The position numbers and the translations under genes are program-made. The notes below the pieces were generated by a model that saw nothing but the letters and a program-made list of their open reading frames with translations, ran no database searches and had not been told where the DNA came from. A stretch of 64,000 nucleotides of DNA from Dudresnaya verticillata (lineage: Eukaryota), in assembly GCA_977862235.1 (NCBI GenBank), contig OZ374562.1, forward strand, positions 248,001 to 312,000, given 5' to 3'. Shown piece after piece: positions 10,745-21,639 of the stretch (positions within the stretch are counted from its first letter, which is position 1; each line of letters starts with the position of its first letter).

Positions 10745-11986
10745 CTAGAAGATTTCAGGGAGATCTTCCGGCCAAACCCCTTCCTTCTTTCTCGGAAAAT
10801 ATTCTCCTGTGTACTTCCATTCCTTTCTGCCAGTCGCCGGCTCCACCTGCAGCTCAAACCATCTTGGCTGCTGGCGTGCGCCTGACATTTCTACATCTTT
10901 CCGGCGTGCTCGCTGAGCAGTTTCCAATCGCTCCTTTTCAGAGGACGCTAGACTGTATTGGCCGAGTTCCAGAGCTCGTTGGTCTGGTCGGAAACGGGAA
11001 TCGGTACGTGGGAAGTGTTTTCGGCTGCCCTCGACCTCAGCATTTAGATTCCAAGCCCAGGCCGTCATGTTGTGCCCATTGGTCGCCGCTCGTAGGGGAC
11101 GCTTGTCCGCAGTCCAGACAACCTTGCCGTCAACATGCGCATTGCTGTTCCAGTTCCCGCAGAGTTTGCGCAAGGTCTTTCCGGCCTTTCCGTCGGATGC
11201 AACTGAGGAGACACGTCCGGAAAACTCACCTATCCGTTTCGCTTCGCCGAACAAGAAGGCAGTCTTCTTCAACTTCAGCGTGGTGAGTAGGGCGCTTTTG
11301 GATAGCTCTCGAATTGTTATGGTTCCGACGTTGTCCAGCCAGAGTTCACCGATGATGATGTTATGGACGTTTGTCTTCGCCTGGTCGTATACAAAATGCT
11401 CACCGTCGTCAAAGCGCACGTGCACGGCGCCCTCCGGCCATACTTCCAAGGTGTTGCCTTTGAACTTGTTGCGGATCTCATGGGCAGTACTATAAGACCA
11501 TCCCTTACCGCGTACGTGGATTGCAGATGTGGGTGGATGATGCGCGACCTGCTCGGCGACAAGACTGACGCGACCTGGGATGACTAGGTCGTACGTCTCG
11601 CCCAGCAGCGGGTTGAACGGCTTTGACGCACGCTCGGCGGTGGATGAGTAGTGGCTGACAACGAAGGCAGCGACGAGGGCAGCGCGGTCCGGGCCGGCAG
11701 ACGCGGCGGCCTGGTCCAGTAGATGGGCGTACTCGACGTCCTCTGCCAGACGCTGCAGGAACGAGAGCGGCTCGTTGAAGTAGACGGGGAGGGTGATACG
11801 CGCGAGGTCCTTCCCAACGGCGTCTTTGAGCACGCTCCACAGACTCGGGCGCTCGGGCTGGGCACGCGGCGAGTCGGAGAGCACGGGGGCGCGGGCGGGC
11901 GAGCGCGGGAGCGAGGGGATATCGGAGCGGGGGTCCAGTGCGGCGCGGGCGGTGGTGTCCTCCGGGGGCGGGGTGGGCGCTGCCAT
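10745..11986 (-). CDS. Oxysterol-binding protein-related protein (short ORD-only type)
   Basis: SLWSVLKDAVGKDLARITLPVYFNEPLSFLQRL, KPFNPLLGETY, signature EQVAHHPP, PRTDSRFRPDQRALE. ATG at 11986 (MAAPTPP) preferred over the longer ORF start. Confidence 0.92.
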   Translation of the reverse strand: MAAPTPPPEDTTARAALDPRSDIPSLPRSPARAPVLSDSPRAQPERPSLWSVLKDAVGKDLARITLPVYFNEPLSFLQRLAEDVEYAHLLDQAAASAGPDRAALVAAFVVSHYSSTAERASKPFNPLLGETYDLVIPGRVSLVAEQVAHHPPTSAIHVRGKGWSYSTAHEIRNKFKGNTLEVWPEGAVHVRFDDGEHFVYDQAKTNVHNIIIGELWLDNVGTITIRELSKSALLTTLKLKKTAFLFGEAKRIGEFSGRVSSVASDGKAGKTLRKLCGNWNSNAHVDGKVVWTADKRPLRAATNGHNMTAWAWNLNAEVEGSRKHFPRTDSRFRPDQRALELGQYSLASSEKERLETAQRARRKDVEMSGARQQPRWFELQVEPATGRKEWKYTGEYFPRKKEGVWPEDLPEIF

Positions 11987-12725
11987 GTCGCGGGGGTGCG
12001 AGGGGGACGGACGGAGAGCGCACGAGGCGAAGGATGGGTGCTCCTTCCGCGGCGCAGGTGCTGTGATGCAAGCTGCCATCGGCCATCGCCCGTTGGTGTG
12101 GCGCGGTGTGCGTGTGTAGCAGCTCTCTCCGGGGGCAATCCCGCACAACACTGCAGGCACATTATTGGTGCGTGCGACTCTCCGGCTCGGGCCAATGCCG
12201 GCGTGCGACTTGGCGGCTCTGGCCAATGGTGGCGTGCGCTCGAAGGCCACACGGCGCGTGGCATACCGCCGCGCGTTTTTCGACGCGCTTCGCGCTCGAA
12301 GGCTGCCACGTTCGTGCGCAGTTCACGTGGCGTTGTGTCCACGTGGTCCACGAAGCCGAGAGCGTTTCGGTCTTTCGTTGGTGCGACGCTGGCCCTTACA
12401 GACACTTACAGAGTTCGCTCAAAGCAACTCGGCCTCAACAGATCAGCCCCGCGTCATCGATTCACGCGTCTGCGCTTGTCACCGCTGAACGTGCCGCGCA
12501 GCATGGCCTGAGCAACACCGCAGCGGCCCGCCCGAGCTCGACAACACTGCGCATGCAAAGCGCGGCTGCTCCAGCCCCTAAACGTAACATCATATCCCAT
12601 TCATCCATCAGTCGCCCTCGCTGATAAGCCCTGCCGCGCGCCAGCACTGGCGCAGGGGCTGCAGGCAGCGCGCAACGAAACCAAATCTACCTACGCACGC
12701 ACACACACACCTCGAACAAAACACG

Positions 12726-13088
12726 ATGTCAATGCCGTCAACTCCGTCGCGGCCGGGCAACTACGACGCGACGGCGACGCTTTCCGCGCAGCGCGCTTCG
12801 ATGCAGCAGCAGGACGCAGACCTGGGGTCGCTGGAGGCGGGCGTGGCGACGGTGAAGCGGGTGGCGCGAGTGCTTAATCACGAGGTGGACGAGCAGAACG
12901 TGCTGCTGGACGAGCTGGACCGCGAACAGGGCCGCGCGCAGCGTGGAACGGCGCGAACGGCGACGCGAACGGTCGCCGCCGTTGCCGAGGGCGACGCTTA
13001 CAATCTCCGCACATTCTGCCTCCTCCTCTGGCCGCTTGTGCTCCTCATCGTCCTGTTTGTCGAGGCGGTCATCCACTTTCTGTTTTGA
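12726..13088 (+). CDS. Small tail-anchored Qc-SNARE-like protein (syntaxin 6/8 or Bet1-like)
   Basis: QQQDADLGSLEAGVATVKRVARVLNHEVDEQNVLLDELD SNARE heptad with zero-layer Q, and a C-terminal TM helix. Confidence 0.8.
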   Translation: MSMPSTPSRPGNYDATATLSAQRASMQQQDADLGSLEAGVATVKRVARVLNHEVDEQNVLLDELDREQGRAQRGTARTATRTVAAVAEGDAYNLRTFCLLLWPLVLLIVLFVEAVIHFLF

Positions 13089-14919
13089 CCGCGCTTTCGC
13101 GTAGCGTGTACTGGGCCCTTCCGCAGAGCGCTTGCTGCTGCGGTTGATGCTTGGTTTGTGGGATCGGAGTGTGAATGGGGATGGTGGCTAGCAGTGAAGG
13201 GATCTGCTGTATTCGAAGGTGGCGATGGACTGCTCGTGAGCAGGGCATCCGAGTATCGCAGGGTGGCTGAAGCTGTAACGCAGGCATGGGGGGCCACCAG
13301 AGTGAGAGCAAGGAGATGAGTGCTATTGAAAGCAAGTTGTTATATTATAGCAGCAGCAGAGGGTTTCGATCCGGTGCCGGAATGCACTCCATTGTGCTAT
13401 GGCGGCAGCCGTAAGTTTCGATACGGTGCCGAAGCGCAATGGTAGGTGAGGCACGTTGGGTTTTCGGCGACAGGTGGGATGATCGCACTGGGGTCGAGCC
13501 TGGTTTTCGATGTAGGGGTGACTGCCGCTCCTTTCGATTGACGGGGTGGCTCTCGCTCGCCGCGAGTTGGTGCGCTGGGTTTGGCTTGCCTGCGATATCC
13601 ATCCAGGTTACGAAGACAAAATATTAAAACAGGGTCTGGGAGCGTTTCTGTACATGTACCTACACTCATTTTGGCACGTTCATCGCAAATCTTATGGTGG
13701 AAGAGATGCATAAAAAGACGTGCTCCAGACAACTCGCAAATTACAGCGCATCGGCGCTGCAAAGTTTGTTGTTGGCCCGACGAAGCCGCGCAGACACGCG
13801 GGATCGGGGCGTGCACCGTACACTTCGAACATGACTGCTGCTGCCCCCAGCGGGGGCCCGCGCGACACGTCCGCCGCTCCTATGCCCCGCACCCTTGCAC
13901 ACGCACCGAAGAGAAAAGGATGGTAGCGACAGAAAGACTGCGAAGGCGCCCGTCGGATCTTGGCGTCGCGCGAAGCTGCATCGGACCTCTAAAGTAAGCG
14001 AAAGACTGGAAAGCCTCCTTTGCACTCCCTTCAAGCGCCCCACTGCAGCCCGCGCTGGGGCAAATGACGGGAGATGTTTGCGTTTCGGACCGCTTTCTGC
14101 AGGCGCAGCCGCTCTGGATTCCACAAAATGCTGTCTGCGAAACGCAAACCGCAGCTGCCCCCAAAAAACCATCCTGGAGGGCGTGACGGCATGCTAGCGT
14201 GGCACCACTATCAGAACGCCCTAAAATCGGATGGTCGCGCACGGCTCAACGGGCGCAGAATCCGCGCACATTTCAAAACGCTCGAGAAAAAAGCCGCGCA
14301 AATATCGTCGCTTCGGCAAATCGGGGCACCACTGCGCGCTCCCATTGGCTACAGCACGTTGATCGGACCGCAGACAACGCTCGCACGTCAAACACGCAAG
14401 GCGGGAGGTCCGTGCGGGGCACTTGATTGCAAAAAGCGTTGCCCGCTGCTGTCGACTGTGTCCCCAGCCGTTTCACCCGGCGGCGCTTGCTCCGAGCGCT
14501 CAAAACGCGCAGCGCAGGCCCCCCGCGCTCAGCCTTATTACCAGCCGCACCCCTCTCCTTGACCCCCTACCGCTACCCCCCCAACAGCGCCTTCCTGCCA
14601 TCGCCTATCCTCTCGCCTATTTTTTCGCTCCACTTTTTGATACACTCCCCCCCAAACCCGCCCGCTTTGCCAGCTACGCAAGCCCCTTGCTTGCCTGCCC
14701 TGTTTGCACACCTTGGAACCAACTTCCGCCACGACAGCTCAAATCTTCAGCTGCTTTGAGCTTTTCACGCAGAGTCTTCGCCAAGACAGAAAACCACTGG
14801 AAAACCTGCTCACAGGATAGAAGGAACAAACAAAAGGCTTAGAAAATCGCCTTTTCACCTCTTCGTTCTCGAACCAAACCACCACATTTCATTCTTCGTC
14901 ATTGTCCTATCGCCAAGCA

Positions 14920-15114
14920 ATGGACAAGCTACAGAGCCTAAAGGACGTTATGGACGCCGTGTCCAAGGACAGCACCAAGTTTTTCGAGAAGGGCAATAAG
15001 GCCGCTGGTACCAGGGCTCGCAAGAATTTGCAAGAGCTCAAAAAGCTCGCGCAGGAGCTTCGTGTCGCTATTCAAGACACGAAGGCCAACATGAGCAACC
15101 AGGTCGCTGAGTGA
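14920..15114 (+). CDS. Small basic protein resembling the Hc1 / bacterial 'histone H1-like' family (64 aa)
   Basis: MDKLQSLKDVMDAVSKDSTKFFEKGNKAAGTRARKNLQELKKLAQELRVAIQDTKANMSNQVAE. First ATG after ~690 ATG-free nt; in-frame upstream TAG at 14818; AATAAA at 15229. Confidence 0.8.
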   Translation: MDKLQSLKDVMDAVSKDSTKFFEKGNKAAGTRARKNLQELKKLAQELRVAIQDTKANMSNQVAE

Positions 15115-16757
15115 CCACTTTCCTTGCTCAGAACCTCCACAGTCAAGCTTGTATTGTAATTGTTTTGTTGTTCATGTGTTGTGTCATGTTGATTTCATGT
15201 TGTAGTGTCTCCTGCTTGTGTGTTGGTGAATAAAGGAGCACATAGCGCTTGCCTGTTCTGTGTCCAAATATGTATTATGGGTGGGTCAACCACAGAAGCG
15301 TGGTAGTCGTGCCTGAAATATCACTTTCCACGCCAGGAAGCTCACGTCCACATGCAAGACAACCTCGCGGAATCAGAACACTCGATTGGTGGCACCGTAC
15401 ATGATTGTGATCCTTCTTGCTAACGACCAGAGCAAGACATGCATGCGTGCGTATCGTTTCGGTCTCGGGTCTCGGCCCATAGATACGGCCGGAGATGTTG
15501 AGATTGTCCCCAAAGCATACCATTCGGTGATCAGAGAGGCATGTCGTTGGATACGTTGTTTCAGCAAGTTGCGCAATGACGAGGCGGTATCGTCTCAAGT
15601 ACGAAATGCAATCTGTCCGGACATGGCTGGACACCGAGTACGACGGACAGCAACACTTAGCCCTGGCTCAGCTTGTACGCAAACATCCTTCAGGACGGAG
15701 AGCAGCGCCGCCCGAACCTCAGCAGGACATGCAAACTGGACTGCGCCGCTGCACAACGGACCGGGCTCATACCAGCGCGTGCGTCGGTGACGACGGAAGC
15801 GGGAAAAGACGCGACGCGAGCTGGAAGCAGGGGACCCGACGACGTCCGGCTCGGAGGGTGGCGACCCTAGGAGGGGACGGCGGCGACCGCAGCGCGGATG
15901 GGGGGAGGCGCTGAAATATATTTATATTCTCGGGCGGGGCACATATGTACAGCACAGGAGGACAGTGGAGAGCGTTGCAGGGACGCAGCCAGGGCGGGGC
16001 GAAAACGGGGTGGGCGACGTGGGACCAAAATTTCGCCGCGTGGGCGCATCTATGAAAGCGGGCGGGATGGCCGTCGTTGGCGGCACGTTTGGCCATGTCT
16101 GGGCTGCGCAAACACGCGCGGCAGCACCGCCCCGAGCACGTCCACTGCGCTTCTGTGCGCCCGCAAAACGTCCCCCACACGCATGCTGAACAGCGTGCCC
16201 CCGTCCTGAGAGGCCGCCCCCGCCGTTTTTCTCTCATATTATCCTCCCACCCCCTTCGCACTCTACTTTTCGACTTATTTTGGGTGCCACTGTCATGGCC
16301 GCCCTCTCTGCCCGTTTGCCCCTGCCCCAGCCACAGCACCTCGTGACGCCATCCTCGCTCGTTATCGCCGCTGCAGCCTTGTCGATGGCGCACCTCGCGA
16401 GGTTCCACAACTTGTGCTTGCGGGTATTGTTTGCAGTTTCTCCCATACGCTGGGGGGTACCAATCCGGTGCCCTCCTCGTATCGTTTTCTATGCGCGACT
16501 GCCGCAGTCCAATATGCGCTTGTTGCCGACCGATCGACTGCTCGCAAAGGAGGGACGTATGCCGTGTCGAACAACAAGCAGTCTCGCTGTTGCTGCACAA
16601 GTGACTGCTAGCGGATGCAACAACAGTAATGTCTACATGGGAGAAAAAAAATGGGGCCCAGTTTAAGCCGACAGATTCGGGAAGTCTCAAACCAACGCAA
16701 AAGGAACCACATCAACAAGGGCGCGTCGTGAACACCCGACTTCTAATTGTATGAGTA

Positions 16758-17597
16758 TCAATTCTGCGATTGTGTATTCTTTCCAGTTCCAAACAGCACG
16801 GGTTTGACAGCGGAATAGTACTCATCCCCGAGCAACTCGCTCAGCTCACTTTCCATCGCCCAAGCGTAGTCAACTCCATTTCGTATAGCGTCAATCTCAC
16901 CAGAAATCAGCATAGCCCTGTAGAAGAATATCTTGATGCCATACACATCATGCTTCTGTTGGTACCGCACGGGATAGACGTGTTCCAGATGACATGACGG
17001 GCTATACGAGATGAAATGCACAGTCGGTCTGCTCGCCGGTATGGTGACAGCCTTGAAAGCCTGCTCAGCATAGTCCATCATCTTGATGTTCTCGTCCGCA
17101 GCAAGCATCTGAGGAAACTGCATATTCTTCGACTTGTCCGTCCTGCGTACCAAAAAGTATAACCGTTCATCCAGTGCGCGTTCCATCGACTTAGTATCGC
17201 CCGTTTCATCCGCCTCAGTAATCCTTGGCCCTGGTTGGTACATCTCTCCGTAAGGATCTGAGAGATCCGGCTCAGTTCGCCCTTCCGCGATATCGCGTTC
17301 GGAAAGAAACAGGGCGGGCGAGATAGGGCGGGCGCGGCGCTGCATCTCCAGAAAGCGATTTGTGAGGTACTCCGCCTCGAATGGATCCGGCTCTGGCGTA
17401 ATGACTGGGTAACGCTCCACAATAGCCGCGCTTGCCAGGCGCCATCCGTGCGCGAAGCTGGCAGCCGGGTCCGGCCCCTGCGACGGTAGGCGGTCCTTGC
17501 CCTGCTTCACCTTTCGCAAAACGTTGCGCTTCACGACATTCGCGCGATTCGAGATCCCCCGTGCGCCCACCGAACGCAGTAGCCCAGCGCGCAGCAT
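16758..17597 (-). CDS. MRPL46: Mitochondrial ribosomal protein mL46
   Basis: Arg-rich mitochondrial presequence; RITEADETGDTKSMERALDERLYFLV, FPQ, KIFFYRA, DYAW motifs of the L46 NUDIX-like fold. Confidence 0.85.
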   Translation of the reverse strand: MLRAGLLRSVGARGISNRANVVKRNVLRKVKQGKDRLPSQGPDPAASFAHGWRLASAAIVERYPVITPEPDPFEAEYLTNRFLEMQRRARPISPALFLSERDIAEGRTEPDLSDPYGEMYQPGPRITEADETGDTKSMERALDERLYFLVRRTDKSKNMQFPQMLAADENIKMMDYAEQAFKAVTIPASRPTVHFISYSPSCHLEHVYPVRYQQKHDVYGIKIFFYRAMLISGEIDAIRNGVDYAWAMESELSELLGDEYYSAVKPVLFGTGKNTQSQN

Positions 17598-17797
17598 CGC
17601 TCATTCGCTACGCGTTACCGCGGGTCATGAAGTGAAGAAAGGTCGGCTCATGCCTTGCTTCGTCGGGCTGGTGTGTCTGGGAGTTGCTGGATCGGCGATG
17701 GCGGCGGCGGAGGATCGCATCAAGCGAGGAAGGTGTTTCATGGCTGCATGGTGTAAGCATCAGGATTCTGTAAGACTGTGGTCGATCGCCAGGAACT

Positions 17798-17825
17798 CTG
17801 ATTGGCTATAGCCACGTGGCATTGG
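17798..17825. promoter_or_regulatory. Putative bidirectional promoter core: inverted CCAAT boxes flanking a perfect G-box palindrome GCCACGTGGC
   Basis: ctgATTGGctataGCCACGTGGCATTGG in the ~430-bp gap between the divergent mL46 and SDR genes. Confidence 0.45.
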
Positions 17826-18029
17826 TGGCTGTTTCGGAGCGGTTACCAGTTGGCTTTTGCCGCCACAAACCAGTTCAAGCCCCCTGCAGTCGATGCCCTC
17901 CTTACACCTAGCGCAGGCGTCTCGGAAAGACTATTAAGACATTAGATGTGCTCTCCCCAACCCATCTCTTGCTCCGAAATAAGCCCTCACTCGACTTCCC
18001 GTCTGATTCAACAAGCAGAAGCTTCACGA

Positions 18030-18941
18030 ATGAAGACATTAATAATCATCGGCGGCACGGGAGAGCTGGGCGCCAAGGTCGTTGAAGCCGCGATCTCGGG
18101 CTTACCAACTGGGTGGTCGGGGGAAGTGATCGCGACGTACCACTCCGCGCCGCCAAAGGTGCAACATGCGCGTCTATCATGGCATCAGCTGGACTGCAGT
18201 GACCACAAGGCTGTGCGCACCTTGATCGCGGAGCAGCGCTCGCTGGGCACCGTGCTATACTGCGCGGTCCCGCGCCACGGCGGCGCGGCCGGGAAGGGTG
18301 GCGACTCTGTGCGTATGGGCATTGTGGACGACGTTGCTAACTGCGCGGAAGCCGTCGTACTGGTAGGCGCGCGCTTCGTCGCTGTGTCCACGGATCTTGT
18401 CTTTGACGGCCACATTGCTCCCGGACAGGTTTATACCGAGAAGAGCCGCACCACGCCGCCGAACCCGTACGGTAAGTATAAGGCCGAAATGGAACGGCGT
18501 CTGCTTGGATTGAGTGGCAAGGTTGTTGTTGCGAGGACTAGCTTGATTTTGAGCATGGACGAGGGCGTATATGGGAAGGCTGTGCAGTTTGTTGTCGATT
18601 GTTTGCAAGGCAAGCATGGCGAGATTGAGCTCTTCACGGATGAGCTCAGGAATATATCTTTTTCGGATGACCTTGGGCTAGCGATGGTCGAGCTTGCGAA
18701 GGATGAGTGCGGGCATTCTGGCTTGATTCATATGGTCAGCGATGAAGTTTCGAACCGATGGGAGTTTGCAAAGTTGCTCGCTAAGAAGCTAGGCATCGAG
18801 GACAAGCTTGGTATCTACGCGAAGAGTGGTTTATCAGCGGAGTCGGGTCTGAACCGGCCGCTCAATTGCTCTCTGTCAACAGAACTGAAGCGCTCTGTGT
18901 TGAAGACTAAGATTCGAGGCATTACTGAGCGCCTCTCGTGA
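18030..18941 (+). CDS. RmlD / dTDP-4-dehydrorhamnose reductase-like extended SDR
   Basis: MKTLIIIGGTGELG Rossmann motif, VSTDLVFDG, NPYGKYKAEME (YxxxK), ARTSLI, LFTDELR, RPLNCSL. Confidence 0.85.
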   Translation: MKTLIIIGGTGELGAKVVEAAISGLPTGWSGEVIATYHSAPPKVQHARLSWHQLDCSDHKAVRTLIAEQRSLGTVLYCAVPRHGGAAGKGGDSVRMGIVDDVANCAEAVVLVGARFVAVSTDLVFDGHIAPGQVYTEKSRTTPPNPYGKYKAEMERRLLGLSGKVVVARTSLILSMDEGVYGKAVQFVVDCLQGKHGEIELFTDELRNISFSDDLGLAMVELAKDECGHSGLIHMVSDEVSNRWEFAKLLAKKLGIEDKLGIYAKSGLSAESGLNRPLNCSLSTELKRSVLKTKIRGITERLS

Positions 18942-19674
18942 ATCCTCAGCTCGGGTTCCGTGCCTGGAGAGGTCGTTTCACTGGAGGTTTTTTCGATCTT
19001 GTGGCCAACTGCCGTACATATCAGCATTATTTACCGCGTGTGGCACCATGGCAATAGCTGTGTCTATCCAACACTTTCAGCAGGCTTCGTGTGCACCACT
19101 GGGCATGTGACAGGCATGGATGATTTGGACTTCCTCGGCTCCCCACCCTGCATTGATGTGCTCCCAAGTCCCTCGGGAGGTGCGCGCGAGATTTTCGGTT
19201 GATCTTTCAGTAGTGTCGAATGCTTCATCTTTAACTGGACTCCTGACAGAGGATGAAAAAAGCCCTGTGATAGGGCTTGGGATGATGTGCCTATCACAGG
19301 GCTTTTTGTAGAAACAGAGAAGGCCCTATGTTTTTGCAGGGTTCTATGCATCCACGCCTCCTCTCGCCAATGAATGCCAGACAAGCCACGACGCAATGTC
19401 GGTAGGAACGGAACTCCCAACAGCCATGGTTCACCGCGCTTTCGTTACTCGGAGGCGCAGCGCAAGGCTGCGCGAGAAGCACGACTTCACTCGGCTAAAG
19501 GCTCGCATGCGCCGTTCGCTCGCGAATCAGTCCAGTACTTTTTGGCCTGCCTACATACTCTGGCGAGGATAGGGATGACATCGAGTTCCTGACGGCATTC
19601 TTGGAGGAGCCCTCCAGAGTCTGAACCCAGAATTTGGTTCTTGAACTGGACGGAGAGTCATCAGAAGAATCAAC

Positions 19675-20760
19675 ATGAACTTTTCGCTCCCATGCTTCGT
19701 TTCAACATCAAATGCTGTTTCTCTACGACCAAAGTCCCGCTTTCCAGAACGTACGCAAAAAGACACAAGATCGCCGTCCCGTATTTCTGCTGCAGCATCA
19801 AATGCCTTGCGGCGCAAGCTTATTGTAAACCGCCTTCCGCATGTTGGGCTAGGTTCTATCCCAAAATTCGTTCCGTCTACCAGACATGCAGATCTAAACC
19901 TCTTCAAACTTACATGGACAGCTGTTGGCAAGCCGGTGGCTGGCGTGCTAATTTCACCAGGCCTCCAGTGGCACTCGGGATGGTTTGGAGGAGTTGGATC
20001 GGCATTGGCCAAAGCGGGAGTCACTACAGTTGCTCTAGACGGCATTGGTATGGGACGCTCTGATGCACTTCGTGGTATGAGGGGATTCATACTTGATATG
20101 GCGGACCATGTCGATGAGCTTAAGGCGGAACTTAGGCGCATGAGGGATGAATTGCCTCCCGGAATACCGCTGTTTGTCCTGGGTGAATCTTCAGGTGGGT
20201 TGTCAGCCGTAGTTTTAGCCTTGGCAGAAGACATGAAGGACGTCGTTCGGGGATACATTCTCTGTGGGCCAGCCATCAAGATACGTCCCGAACTGCTACC
20301 TCCGCCGTTCGTTCTGGCGTCTATGAAGCTCCTTGTTGGAATTCTGCCATGGCTACCGCTGCCCGGGGAGGAGGTCGGGGGTGAAACCTGGGATCAGGCG
20401 TTTGGGAACTCATACTATGCGGAGCTTTCGAAGAAGGATCCTCATGTCGGGTACGGAGATCCGGTACGCATTGCGAGCGCGACGGCGTTCCTGTCGAATA
20501 TGGACCGCGTTGAAAAGGCTCTAGCCCGTGGCGAGCTGCAGATGCCGGACGTGCTGGTCCTGCACAACCGTAAGGACGAACGTACCGACTTCAACCACTC
20601 GAAGAAACTTGTCGAGCGCGTTATCTGTCCAGGAGGTAAAGCGACGCTTGTAGAACCTGGCGGTGTCGGGCATCAGCTGTTTCAAGATACTCCTGAGGTG
20701 ACACACGATGTCATTGACAAGATTGTGCATTTCGTTCTAGAAACTGCCCAAGATAGCTGA
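19675..20760 (+). CDS. Alpha/beta-hydrolase of the monoacylglycerol lipase / lysophospholipase type, probably plastid-targeted
   Basis: GMGRSDALRG, LFVLGESSGG nucleophile elbow, Asp in HNRKDERTD, His in GVGHQL; Ser/Arg-rich N-terminal extension with CFVS. Confidence 0.85.
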   Translation: MNFSLPCFVSTSNAVSLRPKSRFPERTQKDTRSPSRISAAASNALRRKLIVNRLPHVGLGSIPKFVPSTRHADLNLFKLTWTAVGKPVAGVLISPGLQWHSGWFGGVGSALAKAGVTTVALDGIGMGRSDALRGMRGFILDMADHVDELKAELRRMRDELPPGIPLFVLGESSGGLSAVVLALAEDMKDVVRGYILCGPAIKIRPELLPPPFVLASMKLLVGILPWLPLPGEEVGGETWDQAFGNSYYAELSKKDPHVGYGDPVRIASATAFLSNMDRVEKALARGELQMPDVLVLHNRKDERTDFNHSKKLVERVICPGGKATLVEPGGVGHQLFQDTPEVTHDVIDKIVHFVLETAQDS

Positions 20761-21639
20761 CCAAATAAACGTGGCGTCGGGTACACATGCATACATCGTC
20801 GAGCGTCAGTGTGCCAGCCGTCCCATGAATTCATGGTCCTGTTCGGACAAGGCCTAATCTTCTAGGAGCAAAGCCTTGCTCTTGACGGACAATTCCTTTC
20901 CCGCGTTCCCGAGGCCATATCATGCCAACCCTGTGGCTCCTGCCAAAGCGCTTAATGCGCTTCACTGAACTGCCCCTTAGCAGTACATCAATGGACTGCC
21001 TGGTCAGACTGACCTTTACAAGCTAGTTGCGGCTCATCTATGCGTGCTATGCCACTTCGGCAACCGCTTTGTTCCACAGATACTCGTTGTTATCGTACCC
21101 GGGGGCCGTCGGACCGAAGACGGTGCAGGATTTCGTTCCACCGAAGGAAACGACAGTTTCAGTTACATTTCGTGATTGCTATGGCGGTTGCGAAACAGAG
21201 ACCCTCATAAACTTCAGTGAAACCACAGAAAGGCGCATCTGCTTGAAACCTGGTCATTCAGGTCATGGCACGCCGATGTGTGCATCCGACGGCAATTATA
21301 AAGCAATATAATAAACTGCTATTGCCCGTCGCATGCGCCAATTGTGGGCATGGCGCCTACAAGGCCTCCTTTCCACACCTCAACTGAGAACGCCCACGGA
21401 ACACGTCACATTGCCCGAACACGCCAACGGGAACTCTGGCCCACAACTTCAGCACCGCAGACCGAGAGCCCGGCCAACCCCGACTAACAAATTCGACGTG
21501 GTGCATTTGTATGTTACTGAACGCAATCGTCTCTACAACTACCGGAACACCTCTTACGCGCTGGCTCAGCCTGGGCTCCTAGCAGATTGGTAACAGGTGC
21601 GAGGGGCTTGCCGACCGACCTCGCGGTTGCTCAACCCTC

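Noticed and set aside
13346..13420. Possible initiator tRNA-Met on the minus strand (GGATCGAAACC...TGCTA)
   Set aside because: The T-stem pairs for only 2 bp and no D-arm, anticodon arm or acceptor stem can be folded.
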